From Eledone cirrhosa (taxonomy: Eukaryota), in NCBI GenBank assembly GCA_964016885.1, contig OZ024745.1, positions 99,758,001 through 99,822,000 on the forward strand: a stretch of DNA of 64,000 bases, given 5' to 3'. Shown one piece after another: positions 24,113 through 39,309 of the stretch. A program made the translations under genes and the position numbers. Below the pieces are notes generated by a model, which did not search any database, had not been told where the DNA came from, and was given only the letters and a program-made list of their open reading frames with translations. Position 1 is the stretch's first letter. Each line of letters starts with the position of its first letter.

Positions 24113-27030
24113 TAACCACTCATTGAAATAGAGCAAAAGAGAAATGAAAACTATTATAGATAACTGGTTTTTGACAGCTGTTCAGTCTGGGTGAGTATAT
24201 GACAGCTTCCCTAGTGCTGGTACCACTATAAAGTGTGCAATACTGGTATAAAAAAAAAGAAAAACAAAAACATGAACCAGTATACTGTATGCTAGTTGGC
24301 ATTAGGAAGTGCATCTATTAATAGAAACCATACCAAATATAGAGTGTATGAGCAAGATGAGGTCACTTCAATCTGCCAGCTCTTGGCCTGTGACAACTTG
24401 TCCAACCCATGCAAAGCAGATGTAAAATGAGGATAATGTTGAGGATGAACATTTATAATTCACCCTTTCTGGATATTGCACTGGATCAAGAATGGGATCA
24501 TTAAGAGGGTGTCTGTCTACTTTATGTCTGTCTACTTTATGAGCATCTAACATTGAGTGAAACCAGGATACATTCTTCCAACTGAAACTCAACTATGAGT
24601 GATGGCTGTAGTTTTATGGGAGGGAGATTAGGAGTAAAGCAATTGTTTAAAGGAAGAATTCCTCAAAGAGTTTGGTTAGTTCAACCGCCATGAAGGGTAA
24701 AGAATCTAACATTTATCGGCTCTTCCTTTTTACCAGAAGAGAGAGAAAGGGAGGGAGTTATGCCATTTATTTCTTTATCAGCCTCACTCTAAGAGGAAAA
24801 TTAGGAACACACACAACAGTGAATTCCTTGACTACATAGCCATACCTGTGTCCTGGAGAATACATGTTAGCTATAACACATCCCAACCCATGGTCAGATC
24901 TGATTACACAGATCTATAATCAAACGGTGCTCCATCAATGATACTTCAATCTTTCTTGCATACCATGATTTACATTATTTAATAAGTATTTTCTTTTGAT
25001 CGATGAGGGAGATTTCATTCCTATTTGTAGCAAATCAGGCAACATGAAGCAGTTGCTTTATTGGCATGTTAATTAAATGCTGGTCTATATTTGTCTGTAT
25101 ATACTAACTCAGTATTCTTTATACTGAATGAAATTCCTCCCAAAATCCTTCTCCATCCTCACAAAATAAATAGATTGCTTTTACACATCCGGTAAACCTC
25201 TGGAAGTTCACTGGGTCACAACATCCCTTTCAAGTAAAAAGGAAGTATGCACACATACCAAATACTGCACATGAATATTTATATATGATGAAAAATCTTT
25301 ATGAGATGGTCAAATGAGTGGAAACAAAAAGAATTCTAATGCATGGACATTTTACTTTATTTTATTTTATTTTATTCATCCAAGTGCATCCGGTTTAGAA
25401 TAGGTACCTCATATTCCACATGTAAGAGACAACTAAAAGGGTTAGACAATGTAAAGAATTGCTTAAATGATGAGAATAATTAAGCCTATCATGGGACCTA
25501 CAAGTCTAAAAACCTGCTTTAACAAAGAAAATGGCCTTAAAATGCTTGTTGTATTGTTAATCTATTCAACTAAAAGCTAATACTGCTAACTGAAAAACTA
25601 ATCAATTTGTTTTAAATATATTTTTTAGATGGAAGGGGAAAAGTAGTGATCCTAGTTTTAGAATAGGTAAACTGAGTTACAGTATATTCCTAAAACTAAA
25701 AGGGTTGGTGACAGGGCATCCAGCCATAAACACTATCACAGAAAAAAAACCCATATAACCTATGCCAGCATGGAGAACCATGTAAAATGATGATAAGGGT
25801 TAATATAACCTAAATCATTTAGTTTGATAATCAAAAACTGATTTGTTGTTGTATAGCTCATTAATTCATGTTAGCCCTGACCATGCAGACCTACAGCATG
25901 TATGGAGTCAGCTGAACAAACAGATTCTATCCTCAGGTCCATAACCCCTGTAGACTATACAATTAACCTTGCATATTACAGTGTGGGAGTCTGGACATAT
26001 GGCACTCTCTCTATCTCTGCAATTTCCAATCCATTTCTGTAGATTCTGGCACAAGCCAACAAAGAAACCTACATGCAATTACTTGACTTGCTAGAAAGAG
26101 TAGCTAAATTTTCTTCAAACTTTACCCAACCATTTTTAAAAAGAACAAAAACAAGAGAAATTTTATTTTATTTTCCATTTATTGAAAATGATATAGAGAG
26201 GATGCTTCAGTTGTGCCAAGAACAAGACAACCTCTCTAGTGCTGGTGCCACAATAAACTGTACCCAATACTCTGGAAGGGCTTCCAGCTGTATAAACTAT
26301 GCCAAAATGGAATGTATCTGAGTGGGATGCATTCCCCTGACCTGTTCAGGAGGATAGTAGCCCCAATTAAGGACTGACTTGGACTGTAACAAGTTGTCCA
26401 ACCCATGCTAGCATAGAAAAGCGAACATAAACTGATGTGAAAATACCACCACTCACTAAATCATAAAAGTAAATGAATGATCCACTAAATAACTATCTCA
26501 AAATGATACAAGCTAACAAAAAAAAAAAAAAAAAAAAAAAAATCATTTATCACAACTCAAATCTTAGTGAGAAAAAAAAGTTCAAGATAACACACTCCCT
26601 AAAGTTGACAAGTGAAACAAGTAGGGAAGAAACGTTCTTAGATGTAGAAATATCATTGTCATTGCTGTTTAGTTTTCCTATTTCTGATTGCATTCATTAT
26701 TATTGGCCTTTCAGATGAATTTTCTATCCATATATCAGGCAAGGTAATTATCTTTACATAGCAACCAGCTGAAGTAGATTGTGTTGTTCTAAGTAAAATG
26801 ACTAAACATAGATCATGAGGTCATCTTACATTTATAGAAGTCACCAAACTTGCTCCCCACTCCCCCACTATCATCACTACCACCATCATCTGACAAACCT
26901 AGTGAAGACAAGTGTTAAATCCCAACATCAATACTGTCCCTAAATATTTTTATTTAGAAATTTTATAAAAATAACCTCTTAACTAAAAATAGTGTTGAAA
27001 AAAAAAAAAGAAAAAAAAAAGAAAAGAAAC

Positions 27031-27337
27031 AAAGTAAAAGAAATGAATAAAAACTAATTTATTGGAAATTATATTTAGAAATTTTTTTAATATACTATGA
27101 AGGTCCCAATTCTCCAACAAAGGAACTGGTATTTATAGCAACACTCACATTTCAAATATCATGTAATAATGTATGTTGAAAAAAGAAAAGTAAAATATAA
27201 ATAAATAAAAATTCAATTATTGGAAATTATATTTAAAGAAATATAAGATGAATTTTTATATATTATCAAGGTTATCCCCAAACAAAGGAACTGGTATTTA
27301 TAGCAAAAGTTTCATTTCAAATATGTAATAATGTATT
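27031..27337. repeat. Old two-copy tandem duplication (~150-170 bp)
   Basis: ttattggaaattatattta, aacaaaggaactggtatttatagcaa and catttcaaatat..tgtaataatgtat each occur twice in the same order. Confidence 0.8.
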
Positions 27338-28317
27338 ACTTTTGTTTAAGTAGTGCTTTTAACCTCATAACAGCTTAATATATATAAAGTGTGCGTGTGT
27401 GCGTGCGTGTGCCTGTGTGTGTGTGTGCGTGCATGAACATGTACAATAAAAGCATAATTGCCACGCCCAGTTACCAATATTAGAACTTTCTTTTTCTTCT
27501 TTTGCAGCTGCAGGGATTCATTAAATAAACACAACTATCTTCCAGCAACAGTAGTAAAGTAATCAGCTGAGAAAGGATCTTTTTACAACACAAATAAATG
27601 ATAAAGTAATGAATCCAACCAATCTAATACCATCATTTCCATGTAGTTCTCAATGATAATCTTTGATGTGATGTCACCATAATAATCTTTTATATGAACT
27701 TAACATTACAGACAAACAAATTATTTTCTAACCAACAAATTATATAAAACTTGATCTAATACTTTCAACAGTTATCTGCTGTGACTCCTCATCCTTTCAC
27801 TATTTTGTTTTGCTCAAAGACAATATAGTGTTTATGAAAAGTTACAGCTTCATCTCCAGGGAGGAAAAGTATATATTAATGTATTAGCTGAGTGCCTAAG
27901 TACTTTACTGAACAGACTGAGATGTAGGTCATTGCCAGAAGGAAAGCTAATCAAAGAGATTCTATTACTTTTTTTTCTCTCCTAGTATTCTCAGTGTCAT
28001 TTGAAAACAAAACTAGGCAAAAACTTTCCCTAAAACCCTTTTCTTTCGTTGTAATTCAGCAATTTATTCCAACATATAACTTCAATGAAAATTATAAACA
28101 GAGTTCTGTATGAGATTGTTTTCCAGTGGAAAAATAAATATGTAAGTAGAATTAATTTATCCTCTTAATTACTAACAATTTTAATTTCTCAACTGCAAGC
28201 AGGGAAAGATGGATGTATAATGATGATGTTGATGATGATTATCTGGATGAAACATGTAAACCTTTAACTAAAAAAAAAAAAACAACCAAAAAAAACCTAT
28301 TTAACTGACATTAATTA

Positions 28318-28650
28318 GGTGGATTGGCAGTATCAGTAGAGGGTCGGACGCCATGCTTTCCAGCATAGTTACGTCCCTTTACGATCTGAGTTCAAATCCC
28401 GCCGAGGTTGACTTTGCCTTTCATCCTTACGGGGTCGATAAAATAAAGTACCAGTAATGCATTGGGTAATTGCTGGCCTTGTGCCTAAAGTAAAAACAAT
28501 TAATTAGATGTCAAAGAGTTACGGCCCTTTATGGTCTGAGTTCAAATCCCACCGAGGTTAACTTTGCCTTTCATCCTTATGGGGTCGATAAAATAAAGTA
28601 CCAGTAATACACTGAGATAATTGCTGGCCTTGTGCCAAAAGTAGAAACAA
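28318..28650 (+). mobile_element. Two tandem family-1 SINEs (second 5'-truncated)
   Basis: The second copy is flanked by aattaatta(g/t)atgtcaaa on both sides. Confidence 0.9.
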
Positions 28651-28690
28651 TTAATTATATGTCAAATGTTATCTAGACAGAAAAGATTAA

Positions 28691-28975
28691 TTGAGTGTGG
28701 ACGAAGAGGAGACAAAGAGGGAATTAGTCACCAATAAGGCTGTGATGAAAGGAGTTTGACAATTAAATGATTAACCAACTGATTAATGGATTGATTAATT
28801 ACCTGATTAATAATAAAACTGGAGTAAAATCAACTGATGCATGTTTCCATTAACAGCATGACTCCTAATCTATCAGTTGGTTAAGCATCTAATTAATTAT
28901 CAAGCACCTTTCATCACAGCCTGTGACCTTATCAATGACTAAACCCTTCTGTGTCTTCTCTTTGTCCACATGCAA
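28691..28975. repeat. Fold-back element with ~90-100-bp imperfect inverted arms
   Basis: tgtggacgaagaggagac..ttagtca..aggctgtgatgaaagg..ttaaccaactgat pairs with atcagttggttaa..cctttcatcacagcct..tgactaa..gtcttctctttgtccaca. Confidence 0.85.
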
Positions 28976-29229
28976 TGGGGAGGTGTAGTGTTGATCAGGA
29001 GGATAGCTGCTAGGGAGTGCTAGTGGAGTGCATAAGAGTAAGAAGAATGGCTACTAGAGTGTGAATAATGAGGGAGTTTATAGACTTTGGATGGAGAAGC
29101 AGCTAAGGAGTGAATGTTGGTGGGGGTAGGGTAGTGATGGTGATAAATAGTCATGAGGGAGTGCTAGTTAAAGAGAGGAGACAGGGATAAGTCAGGCCAA
29201 AGTGTATGCTATTGGCTATGACTTTACCA

Positions 29230-30280
29230 GCACAGCATAGCACCAGCCCTTGTGGCCATTTGTCATTTCTGTTGTGAGGTTTAATATTTTAAGGTCGATC
29301 TTCACAACCTCATCCTATTTCTTCCACAAGTCCCAGCCACTCGGGTTTTCTCTGCAATTCTTTATGCAGCTGCTATATCCCATATACATCACATGTCCAT
29401 ATCAATGCAGTCTTTAAACCTTTAATTATACATCCATCAGAGCATATTTGGCTCATTTCTTTCTAGCCTCTGCAGGTTTTCTGCAGTCAAGGTCCATGTT
29501 TCACTGCCATGTAGCATTACAGTTTGTACACAGGCATCATATAGTCCACCATTCACTCAGAGAAAAGTCCTTTGTTGTCAGCAGCAGTAACAGCTCTCTA
29601 AACTTCTCCCAGCTTGTTTTTATCCTAGCTATCACACTTTCAGCACATCCTTCCCTATTGCTAATTTCATTACCTAATTAACAAAAGCTGTCAACTACTT
29701 CTAGGGAGCCTCCCTGGTAATTGAAAAATATATCTCATGTGTGCTCTTTGTACTCACTTCTGTGCATCTGTCACATAAAGTCTACTTTTTCCATGAGCCT
29801 GTAATCCCGCTACATCTCTTATGCATCCATAAATTACACTGTGCACCTTATGGAATTACTGTTTACTCCTTTCTGATAAATAAAACAAGGCCGCTTTTTT
29901 TATAGTATCACTTCCCTGTTTTCTTTCCTACTTATTAGGACTTTCAATTCTAGTTTCCTCTTCCATGCTTGAAATTTTGTCTGACTCTCCTACAGATTCA
30001 GCTATGAGTACTACTAGGTCACCAGCATATAGGAGCTCCCATGGAGTGCCAGTTTTAAACTCCTTAGTGATGGCCTGAACAACAATGATAAACAGAATGG
30101 ACTGAGGACTGAAACCAGGTAGAGTCCCACTTAAACTTCAAATTCATCACCATACTCATTGTCAAGTTTCACTCAGTTGGCTGCTCCTCTACACATGGCT
30201 GGCATGATCTTCACAAGCCATTCATTTACATCTAGTTTCCTAAGTGGCCCTGTTAAATACCTTCTCCAGATCTACAAATG
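29230..30280 (-). mobile_element. Heavily decayed RTE LINE (RT, PHD remnant, C-terminus)
   Basis: Reverse complement gives FVDLEKVFNR, FKTGTPWELLYAG, WMHKRCSGIT and VVDSFC*LG. Confidence 0.85.
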
Positions 30281-30282
30281 GT

Positions 30283-30520
<238 letters not shown>

Positions 30521-31192
30521 CATCATCATCATCATCATCAACGTTTAACGTCCGTGTTCCACGCTTGCATGGGTTTGGACGGGGGTAGTCCCACTTGAGG
30601 CAAGAGTGATTGTCTTGCTCGCATAGGACTGTCTGGCAGGTTTTCTACAGTTGGATGCCCTTCCTAACACCAACCACATTTACAGTGTGGGTCTGGGAGG
30701 TTTTTACCGTGTTGCCTACACGGCCACATTACAGCGTGGACTGTGTGTTTTTTTGTCGTGACACCTACACGATCTCATTTGTTTCGGCCTCGAAAGGCGC
30801 GGCACCAACATAACTTTACATAGAACGGGGTGGTGTGGATCGGGTGGGGGTGGGGGTGGTGGGACGGGGTGTATTTTGTTAGAGATGCCTACTGGCTGGA
30901 GTAGGTTTTACTATATATTTAGGTAAGGCGGGTCTTCTCTGTTACTGAGTACCGCCAAAGGTCTCGGTCCAGTGACATTGTCTTGGAGAGGTGTAAGTGT
31001 GTGATGTCGGAGTTTATCAGCTCGTCCCAGGTTTTTCTAGGTCTGCCTATTCCGTGACTACCGTCTATCTTTATTGCCCTGCACTTTGTTATACAGCTAT
31101 CGACTTTCATGCGCATCACGTGTCCATACCAACGTAGCCTTCTCTCGAGTAGACAACATCTGATCCCTCTTATCTCTAATTTTTTCCTTAGT
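30521..31192 (-). mobile_element. RTE subfamily A, 3' segment (ORF end, 3' UTR, (GAT)n tail)
   Basis: ORF 30919-31119 (GRPRKTWDE..DRDLWR). Closely similar to 48651-49315. Confidence 0.93.
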
Positions 31193-31225
31193 ATATATAT
31201 ATATATATCTCTAATTTTTTCCTTA

Positions 31226-31277
<52 letters not shown>

Positions 31278-31280
<3 letters not shown>

Positions 31281-31610
31281 TAAGCTAACTAAGAATATAG
31301 ATTTTATATGTGGTCGGTGCTCTGGTGCAATAAGTAGCCTTCCGTTACCTGGGTGACAAAATCAGCAGTGGGGGAGGGTGCTCTGAAAGTACAGTCGCTA
31401 GAGTCAGGACGGGATGGAAAAAGTTCTATTGGCCGCTAAAGGGTTCTCTCTAAAAATGAAAGGCAGGCTGTATGATGCCTGCATACGAACAGCAATGTTA
31501 CATGGCCGTGAGACCTGGGCATTGTGTGCAGAGGATATACGCAGACTGGAGAGGAACAAAGCTTGCATGCTCCGCTGGATGTGTAATAATAATATACGTG
31601 AACGGCAAAG
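31278..31610 (+). mobile_element. RTE subfamily A, inverted internal segment
   Basis: GKLTKNIDF.CGRC..RYLGDKISSGGGCSESTVARVR..KMKGRLYDACIRTAMLHG..NIRERQ. Matches 49325-49714 in the opposite orientation. Confidence 0.92.
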
Positions 31611-31668
31611 ATATTTGAAAGTTGAAAAGTTTTTGTTCATGCAATTCGGGCAGTGTTCAGAGAGTTTG

Positions 31669-31716
<48 letters not shown>

Positions 31717-32282
31717 GTATAATAAACAATACAATATAATTACCTCATTACCAGAGGTTTCCCGAATAAGACGAATACGAAAAACGTCCTCATTCGTTCG
31801 TCGGACAAGGCAATTTAAAACAGTGAAATATTTGAAAAGTCTCCTCAAGAAATGCAAGAGTTTAACGGGCAAAAAATATATAAATAAAAGTAATGCAAGA
31901 GATATATAAAAAAATAAGGAAATATAGTTAGGGTAAGTGTATATGTATGTATATACACACATGTACATTTGTGAGTGTATATACAAATGCATGTGTATGG
32001 TGAAAATGTATGCGTAAGTACATATATGAGGGCAAGTATATTTGTGTATATGTGATCACAAATACGTATATAATATGAGTTGAAAAAGAAATTGTAAGAT
32101 AATATAGTTAACACGCATCCAGATACAGGTATTAAATACACATACGAGTATGAAAGCACGGGTATAAACACACACACGCGCGCGCGCGCGGTCACTTATA
32201 TGCGGAAGATAAAGAGGGAATGGGGTGTAATAGTAAAAAGAAGTGTCATACTCGATATATGTATAAAAATGAAACAATATGT

Positions 32283-32694
<412 letters not shown>

Positions 32695-34129
32695 GAGTAC
32701 TGTAAATGCTAAAGGGTTAAAACATAACCCTATATTCCTCCACATATTTTAAATTCAACATTTTACCCACCACTAATATCAGTAGCTCCTGGCAGCTAGT
32801 CATTTCTCCATTTCTCCCTTTTGATATCAAACTGCCTGAAACTGTTCCAGGTTCTAAAATACAGAACTTTTTGTTTCAAAAGTGTTAATCATCATCATCA
32901 TCATCATCATTTAGTGTCAATTTTCCACACTAGCATGGGTTAGACAGGTTGTTCCATTTGAGGCAAGTAAAGTCAAGTGATTATGTCTTGCTCATACAGA
33001 ACTATTTGTGGCTTGATTTCTATGGTTGGATGCCCTTCCTAATGCCAACCACATTTACAGTGTGCTCTTCATCCTGATACCAACACAACCACTTTACAGT
33101 GTGAACTGGGCACTTTTTGTCATGACACTTACACCATCACTTTACAGTGTGGACTGGAGCTTGGGCGGGGGTGGTGTAAAGGTGTGGGTGAATGGTGGTG
33201 TGTTAGGTCATGGGTGGAGTGTTAACACATGGGAGGTGAATGGAAGGGGAGAGGATAGGAGGTAAGTAGTGCATACTAGAATGTATGTTTCAACCAGAAC
33301 GGCATGGGTACACATGGTCTTCTATATTACTGCATAATGCCAAAGATCTTGATCCCACGTCATCAACTTTGAGAGGTGCAATTGTGTAAGGTCAGTTTTT
33401 ATTACCTCACCACAGATCATCCTACTCCATAGCTTCCATTCAAAAACCTTCCATCATAATGTTATGTAAGAACCTTTAAGTTTTGTTCCAAACATCAGTT
33501 TAATAATGAGAAAATTATATGAAAATGATAGACAGTGTCTTTCATGAGGTAATGGACGGGTTGAAATAACTGAATTATATTTGCAAAATCCCCAACGATT
33601 AAGTAAAATAATTCTTTTTTTTTTTCAGTTACTGCCATATTAGAAAAGTTATCTAAAAAATATTTTGTTGGTGCCAACGAATTATTTTTATACTTTGGAA
33701 TAATGCATGATTAGGATGTGTCTTTATCAGACAAAGAACTTTTTAAGATATTCATTTTGCTTAGAGAAAGAAAATGAGACTGAAATAACTTGTTAATCAT
33801 AATATGGAAGAAAGAGTTGGAGAGAGGATGAAATTCAATTTACACTTGCACCAGTACATGCAGATACTGATACCATATTCTAGTAATACAGCTGCAAGGC
33901 AACTACTCTACTAAACGATTTTGCTTTCATCCAACATAATAAAAAAGAAAAAAAAAACATTTATCTTGTCAGAATTGTATTTTGGTGAACTATAACAAAA
34001 TTGTGTGTGTGAAAGATTCATGATAGCTACTCAGGCTATGTATAAGGGAGCCTGAAAATATTTTATGACAATTGTGTAATGTACATAGATGATAATTGCT
34101 GGGTGTAGAAATACCAGGAGTTCTAAGTG

Positions 34130-34310
34130 GAAGGATGCTGAGGAAGACCAAGAAAGACATGCACAGTGGTGATGAATGCTAACCTCAGGAAACTATTCCT
34201 CCCAATGGGGTTGACAAAGAAAAGAGACAAGGGAAAAGATGCTGTTTGAAGAGGAGTTGTCTAACCCGTGCAAGCATGGAAAAATAAATGTAAAAATAAT
34301 GAGGATGATG
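34130..34310 (+). mobile_element. Degenerate RTE 3' end
   Basis: ggaagaccaagaaagacatg (GRPRKT), then gtctaacccgtgcaagcatggaaaa and a gatgatg tail. Other decayed RTE pieces at about 33290-33440(-) and 37850-38070(-). Confidence 0.7.
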
Positions 34311-36809
34311 TGAAAGATTTTTGTAACAAAATTCTGAAATTGATATAATTCAAGAATAAGTAACATGTAGACTCTTGTATGTGCATATTAATTTTTATTG
34401 CAGAGAAAATCCAGAAGGAAATTTGAATCTAGAAGACAAATGAGGCAAATCCAAAAGGTCGAAAGCTGAATATTTATAATAATCATTAAGATCAAGGAAA
34501 TGATTGAATGCCTATGAAGCATCTAAGTAGATGCAATGCAAAATCTTCCTGATCATATGTTCTCAATGTAGGTTTTAAGCTAAAACAACCTTCACAGCAA
34601 GACAAGATATATTTGTATACATATAAATTATATTTTATGTATGATGGTGGGGGGAATACAGAAATTCAATATTATGTAGACAGTGCAACCAATGTGCCAA
34701 GAATTTGCTAGAAGATTACATAAAGACTACTAGAACAGAATCAAGATGAAGCACCCTAAATAGATGGGTGGAGTCAACAGGGAGAGAAGCAAAGAGTTAA
34801 AGATTAGGGACTGTAATGAAGACAAAGATAGCTTCTGTTACCTAGACAGCCTAAGTAATGTTGGGAGAGAGTGCAATCAATATCATATGTTGAGTTTGAA
34901 ATGGTTAAAATTATGGGAAAATATTGCCTTTTTTTTGCAGCAAAACGGATGATTTCTACCAAACAAGAAAAGTAAACTGTATCAAGTAGGTAACTTTATA
35001 ATAATTGTTTCTATAATTATAACAACTTTGAGTACATGGCAGCTAAAGATTCAACAGAAACATAGCTACTTTACAGCTTCACTTGTTTTCATTTTTTTCT
35101 TATATATCTTCATATATGTTTCTTTTGCCCCCATTGAACTTCCTTTTTTTTATCTCTATCTTGTTTCTTTTGTAAGGGGTATCTCCCCTAGTCTGTCATG
35201 GCTTGCTACCTCCCCTAGTCTATCATGGCTTACTACCTATATACAAATGTCTAAATTGATTAAATGAATAAATAAACACACAACCTTTGATTTTTGGAAA
35301 GGGAATGTCGATTATATGGATCCCAGTACTTGACTGGTATTTATTCTATCAATTCCAGAATAAAAGGCAGGATTTGAACTGAAAGAATGTAAAAAGTCAG
35401 AACTAATATTGCAAAGCATTTTGTCTGACACTAATTATTCTGTAAATATTATGATATTAAATGAAAGTGAAATGTGTAATGAAATGGGTATACATATACA
35501 CACAAATTTAAGCTGCTTTACATGAAATCATGTTTCCAGAAATGATTCTATCTGCTTAAATGTAAGAAAACCATTCTCTCTAGGTGAAAAGGTATTGTTC
35601 ATTTAACAATATAGAAACTGGTTATATAAGTATTGACCCATTGGATATTTGTGTGTCAGAAAATGATTAGGAAATCGCAACAAAAATCTAGCCAGAAAAA
35701 AGTTTACAGGAGGAAACATCTAGTCATTTTTAAAATAAATAAACTACCAATATTTTTCGGCCCTAGCATTTTTAATATTTTGTGATGTTAACATTTATCT
35801 TGCACTTTTTTTATAGATGTGACTAAATGTGACACTAGTTGATATGTTGTCTCATCTGACATTAGCCAGGTCTCAAAGGAAGTGTCTCCTGCCAAAAGAA
35901 AGCCAGTAGCAGGAGGTGGAGTTTTGAACTCAGAATGCAAAAGCTGAAAGAAACACTACAAGACATCTCATCCAAGGCTCTTATGATTCTAATAATCCAT
36001 CATCTTAGACTGATACATTCTCAACCCCAAAAGATAACAAAGGAAGTTGATCTGGGAGGGAACTGAATTCAAAATGTAAAGAGCTGGGAAAAAAACCCAC
36101 ATTCTAATGATTTGGCAAGTTATTACTTGAAATATAAATAACTAGTAGAAATATAAATAAAAATGATTAGCATTGATGCATGAAATGGATCCAATGGCTA
36201 ATTATTTATAACAAGGACAGTGTACTAATTTAAAAACAAAATACTACTAATGCTATGTCATCTATATACTTCAACAATGTATTTGTTTTCTATTTGTCTA
36301 CATTTTATATTTTTGACTTTTAAATATCAAATCTGGCTTCTGAAATTTGATTCCAAATTTCTGTGGTGTGAAATTCAAAAGAAAGATGATGTCTTATTTA
36401 CTATTTAAGATTTTCATTTCATTGAAGTTAGCAAGTATGGTAAAGTTATGCCATTATTAAATCATTACATGATATAAGTTTATTTTTAGAGTGTAGTGAA
36501 ATATGTTGATATAGAAGAAACGCTTCCTACAGTGTGGAAAGATAAATGTTAATAAAAAGTTAGTATATTTAACATTTTAAAATACATAACAAATTACATT
36601 AAGAATACAGAAAAAAAACCTTAGTCACCCCTCTCCACATATCATTGAAATCTTTATATGCAACTGAAAGCAAAACATCCTATATCTCTTTGGTTCTATC
36701 ACAGTTTTGGTGACCTCTTCCACCACCTTTGAATAGTAGTAAGCAATAGTAAGAAACATACTTTTAGCTGTAATATAAATCTTGTCTACTGATATTAGGT
36801 TTCCTATAG

Positions 36810-37099
36810 CTAGCTTATCCACATCTACCAGTCTAAGAATCCATTTTTATGCAACAGAGATACACATTTTTTTTATTTATATAATATAGATAGTTGAGGG
36901 GTTAGAAAAAAAAAAAAAACAGTTTAATGGAGCTTTGTTCAAGTGTTTTACAACCTATACCTAGCTTATCCACTTCTACCAACTTCTAAGAATATATTTC
37001 TATGCAACAGAGATACAGCTATCACTTTTGTAAATATATGATATAGATAGAATGTAAGGTTAGAAAAAAATACATCAGTTTAAGAGAGCTTTGTTCAAG
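36810..37099. repeat. Old two-copy tandem duplication (~150-bp period)
   Basis: ctagcttatccac.tctacca..ctaagaat..tatgcaacagagataca..gagctttgttcaag at 36810 and 36961. Confidence 0.85.
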
Positions 37100-38173
37100 G
37101 CCTCACATCCTTTATTTTCCCAAGTAAAAAAAAAATGAAAGGGATATGAGACCTTATTGACCCCAGGAAATGCATTAATTATGACAAATGACAGTCAGCA
37201 TACATAGAGACCATATTTAAGGATAGGAAAAAGGATAAAGGTTATTATATTCATAGATACTTTTAATGAAAATAAATTAGAGGATAGGTCTATATAACCT
37301 TAGGACAGGATAGGCAAAGTTACTAGGCTCCTGTGCATAACATCTCTATAAAATGACCACATCCGTGTCAATGTGATTAATATGCAGTGTAATATAACTC
37401 AATTTGTATGTTAAAACATTAAGGGTTAACACAACCATCATACTATAAGAAAACACACACACCACCCTTTTATATTACATTTAATATTTGTAAGATTATT
37501 TGAAACTTGCTAGTCAAAGGAGACCGCTCAAATGTTGAAAGGTAAGGAATGCTTACTGTAACTATATATATAATCATTGGGAATTTACCTAACACTTTGA
37601 GAACTGAAGAATCATCATCAGTATTACTATCACCACCATTTTATGTCTATTTTCCATGTGTTAGAAAGGTTGTGATGTTCTTAGACCAGGCATGTCAAAT
37701 GACTGCAGCTTGCTCATGGTTCTTACGGCTGGATGCCCTTCTTAAAATCAACCACTTCTCATGGTGAATTAGGTGCTTTTTATCAAGGCACCAGCACTAC
37801 CACTTTAGAGAGTGATCTGAGTGCCTAATGGAATCAGGCCCTCTCATCATTCCTACTTATGAGGACTTTTGTCTTGACTAAATTGACTTTAAGGTTTTTT
37901 TATTCTAGATTTTGCTGCCAGGTTTGGAATTTCTCTAGTATCTCAGCAGATTTAGCTATGAGAACTTGGTCATCTGCATACAAGAGTTCTCATGAACAGT
38001 TAGTCTTAAACTCTTTCATAATGGCCTAGAGGACTATAATAAACAAGGGACTGAATTTAAAACCTTGCAAGCTAAATTCCTAACTATACTCTATTAGAAA
38101 AATATCCAAATAGAAATTTTCAACAGAAAAGATATGATTATTTTAATGCAAGTATATCAAATATTTTATGACT

Positions 38174-38206
<33 letters not shown>

Positions 38207-38742
38207 GAAAAATCTTGACAAATAATTACATATCTTTAAAATGTAATGTTTTATATCTAGAATGTAGATATCTAAACAAGATAGATTTGTTACAAAAATA
38301 AACTCACATAAATATCTACTTTATTTATAACTTTTCTGAGAAGTAATTTCACCCAGCCTGGGTATAAAGAATATGCCTTCTTCTAGACAATATAAGGATC
38401 ACTTATTAAATATATGCAAATTACATACAGCAGCAGTCTGTAAAAATACTTCATTAATGAATGAAAACTATGATAAAATAAAAAAAAAAATATTTTAAAA
38501 AAGAATGTGTTTTTACTATTTCATTTAACCATTTTAGGAAACTAAAGAAAATACAATGACAGGCTTTATAACTCATCACCAGATCACATACTCCTCCTGC
38601 AGATTGCAGTTTCTACCTAAATGAGACATGTGCTGATGGAGTAGAAGACTCAGTGGTCTAAGTCATCGCTCTTTTGAAGCTTGCAACTACTATATATTGT
38701 CATAAAGGTCCAACACTTGCTAGCAGGGAAAGATGGCATTAA

Positions 38743-38952
38743 CCCTTTAGCATTTACATTACTCTATATATACTATTATATTTTCATGATAAAGGTTTTA
38801 CCTCACAAACTATCTCACATAATATCGAATCTATGAGATTTTAATGTTATTTATTTTGAGAACAATCAGTATGAGTGGCCAGTTAGGGCCAGTTTGAACA
38901 GAAAGAGGTGAGAGAATTCTGGTCGGATATGGCCAGTTTAAATGCTAAAGGG
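38743..38952 (+). mobile_element. piggyBac-type MITE, family A, reference copy (210 bp)
   Basis: Perfect 14-bp TIR ccctttagcattta / taaatgctaaaggg and TTAA TSD on both sides. Confidence 0.95.
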
Positions 38953-39109
38953 TTAAACGACGATGTTCACTCTTCCAGATGAACATAACACTACTGAAGG
39001 TGGCAACCAGTATCCTATACTTTACCATAGATTACTTTTAATAGAATTTCTGTTTCTATATAGCTACAGAGACATATATATAGATTTACAAGATAATATA
39101 TAGGTTTAA

Positions 39110-39309
39110 CCCTTTAGCATTTACATTACTCTATACTATTGCCTTTTCATGGTAAAGGCTTTTCATCACATAATATTGAATCTACGAGATTATGATATTT
39201 ATTTTGAGAACAATACCTAACATTAGTATGAGCAGCCAGTTATTGCTAGTTTAAAGAAAAAGAGTTCAGAAAGTTCTGGCTGAATATGGCTGGTTTAAAA
39301 GCTAAAGGG
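39110..39309 (+). mobile_element. piggyBac-type MITE, family A
   Basis: TTAA|ccctttagc ... gctaaaggg|TTAA. Confidence 0.92.

Noticed and set aside
33661-34470. Mariner remnant (gttggtgc end, GNLNLEDK-like motif)
   Set aside because: Only two very short degenerate cues, with no matching second TIR.
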